Part shown: positions 63,318-64,000 of the stretch, one piece after another
How the letters are laid out: every line of letters starts with the position of its first letter
Position numbering within the stretch: position 1 is the stretch's first letter
NCBI GenBank assembly: GCA_040757335.1
Contig: JBFLXB010000002.1
Location: 36,381-100,380 of the forward strand
DNA length: 64,000 nucleotides
Source: Nitrospirota bacterium
Lineage (GTDB): Bacteria > Nitrospirota > Nitrospiria > 2-01-FULL-66-17
Reading direction: 5' to 3'
Program-made: the position numbers and the translations under genes
The notes under the pieces: generated by a model
Database searches by the model: none
The model's input: only the letters and a program-made list of their open reading frames with translations
What the model was told of the DNA's origin: nothing

Positions 63318-64000
63318 ATGCATCATGCCACGGCGAACATCATGGTGACGGGCGGCGCCGGATTCATCGGCTCCAATTTCATCAGGCACGTGTTGGGCCG
63401 ATCGGACTTCACGGGCACGATTGTCAACTATGACAAGCTGACGTATGCCGGGAATCTTCTGAGCCTGTCGGACGTGGCGGATCAACACGGCGGGAAGCGG
63501 TATTTCTTCGAGCGCGGTGATGTCTGCAACTACGAACACGTCAAGACGGTCTTGGCCAAGTACGACATCGGGGTCATTGTGCACTTTGCGGCTGAAAGCC
63601 ACGTGGACCGCTCGATCTTCGGCCCCAAGGAGTTCATCGAGACGAACATCAGCGGCACGTTCAGCATGCTCGAAGCCGCGCGGCAGTTCTGGGCGACGAA
63701 GAAGGCCGTTCGGTTCCATCACATCAGCACCGACGAGGTGTACGGCTCCCTGGGAGAAACGGGATATTTCTTCGAATCCACGCCGTACGACCCGCACAGT
63801 CCGTACTCCGCATCGAAAGCGGCCTCGGATCACCTGGTCAGGGCCTACTCTCACACCTACGCGTTGCCGGTCACCATTTCAAATTGCTCGAACAACTACG
63901 GCCCGTATCATTTCCCGGAAAAGCTCATCCCGCTCATGATCCTGAACGCCGTGGAGGGAAAAAAGCTGCCCGTGTATGGCGACGGGAAGAACGTCCGCGA
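63318..64000 (+). CDS. rfbB: dTDP-glucose 4,6-dehydratase, N-terminal about 227 aa (3' end outside the window)
   Basis: [41 protein letters not shown] (YxxxK), [17 protein letters not shown] are near-canonical RmlB motifs. Not in the ORF track because it has no stop within the window. Confidence 0.85.
   Translation, partial: MHHATANIMVTGGAGFIGSNFIRHVLGRSDFTGTIVNYDKLTYAGNLLSLSDVADQHGGKRYFFERGDVCNYEHVKTVLAKYDIGVIVHFAAESHVDRSIFGPKEFIETNISGTFSMLEAARQFWATKKAVRFHHISTDEVYGSLGETGYFFESTPYDPHSPYSASKAASDHLVRAYSHTYALPVTISNCSNNYGPYHFPEKLIPLMILNAVEGKKLPVYGDGKNVR

Noticed and set aside
1-64000. tRNA/rRNA genes, CRISPR arrays, transposases/integrases
   Set aside because: Intergenic regions are short apart from 13.9-14.4 kb, 43.9-44.2 kb, 48.9-49.1 kb and 61.4-61.8 kb. 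None shows tRNA cloverleaf hallmarks (GTTCGAATC-type T-arm), regularly spaced repeats or transposase-like ORFs.

Overview
This is a high-GC (~65% by hand count) bacterial chromosomal segment; lipoprotein signals, a Wza-like exporter and an outer-membrane barrel point to a Gram-negative host. A large, compositionally mosaic, lower-GC cell-surface polysaccharide island is embedded in it.

Positions 1-13.9 kb carry housekeeping and accessory genes:
- a di-haem cytochrome c peroxidase C-terminal fragment
- a class I FBP aldolase (fbaB)
- a YkgJ-family CxxCxxCC protein
- a coiled-coil protein
- an alpha-glucan phosphorylase (glgP)
- a MinD/ParA-like ATPase translationally coupled to a degenerate-J-domain/RodZ-like HTH protein
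- a Phd/VapC toxin-antitoxin pair
- bioA
- a DegP/HtrA protease
- a 612-aa unknown protein
- a ZnuC/ZnuB-type metal ABC importer whose permease carries a His-rich linker and a C-terminal HMA domain

From 14.4 kb a roughly 47-kb plus-strand glycan island begins behind a 535-bp leader. Its first block has the hallmark gene set of PEP-CTERM/exosortase-type EPS loci:
- an EpsA/Wza-like exporter lipoprotein
- a Wzz/GumC chain-length determinant
- a separate BY-kinase with a C-terminal tyrosine cluster
- a priming sugar transferase with an N-terminal degenerate GGDEF-like domain
- a FemAB-like protein
- polysaccharide deacetylases
- an AsnB-like amidotransferase
- an O-antigen-ligase-like protein
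- a Wzx-like flippase
- many GT2/GT4 glycosyltransferases
- several methyltransferases, a PIG-L deacetylase and epimerases

No exosortase or PEP-CTERM substrate is seen in the window. A WbpB/WbpD/WbpE-like trio (UDP-2,3-diacetamido sugar pathway) is part of this block.

After a 23-bp inverted-repeat-flanked element at about 43.97-44.16 kb comes a second block:
- further methyltransferases and an epimerase
- an FG-GAP lipoprotein
- rfbF (glucose-1-phosphate cytidylyltransferase)
- three tandem paralogous Zn-ribbon C-methyltransferases
- a DUF1566 protein
- a pyruvyl transferase
- an FrhB-like Fe-S flavoprotein
- an LhgO-like FAD oxidase
- an AT-rich minus-strand pair (fibronectin type III (FN3) domain lipoprotein plus secreted beta-helix protein)
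- a predicted outer-membrane barrel
- the start of rfbB

No rRNA, tRNA, CRISPR, transposase or integrase was recognised. All calls rest on reading the sequence and ORF translations by eye; no database search was possible.
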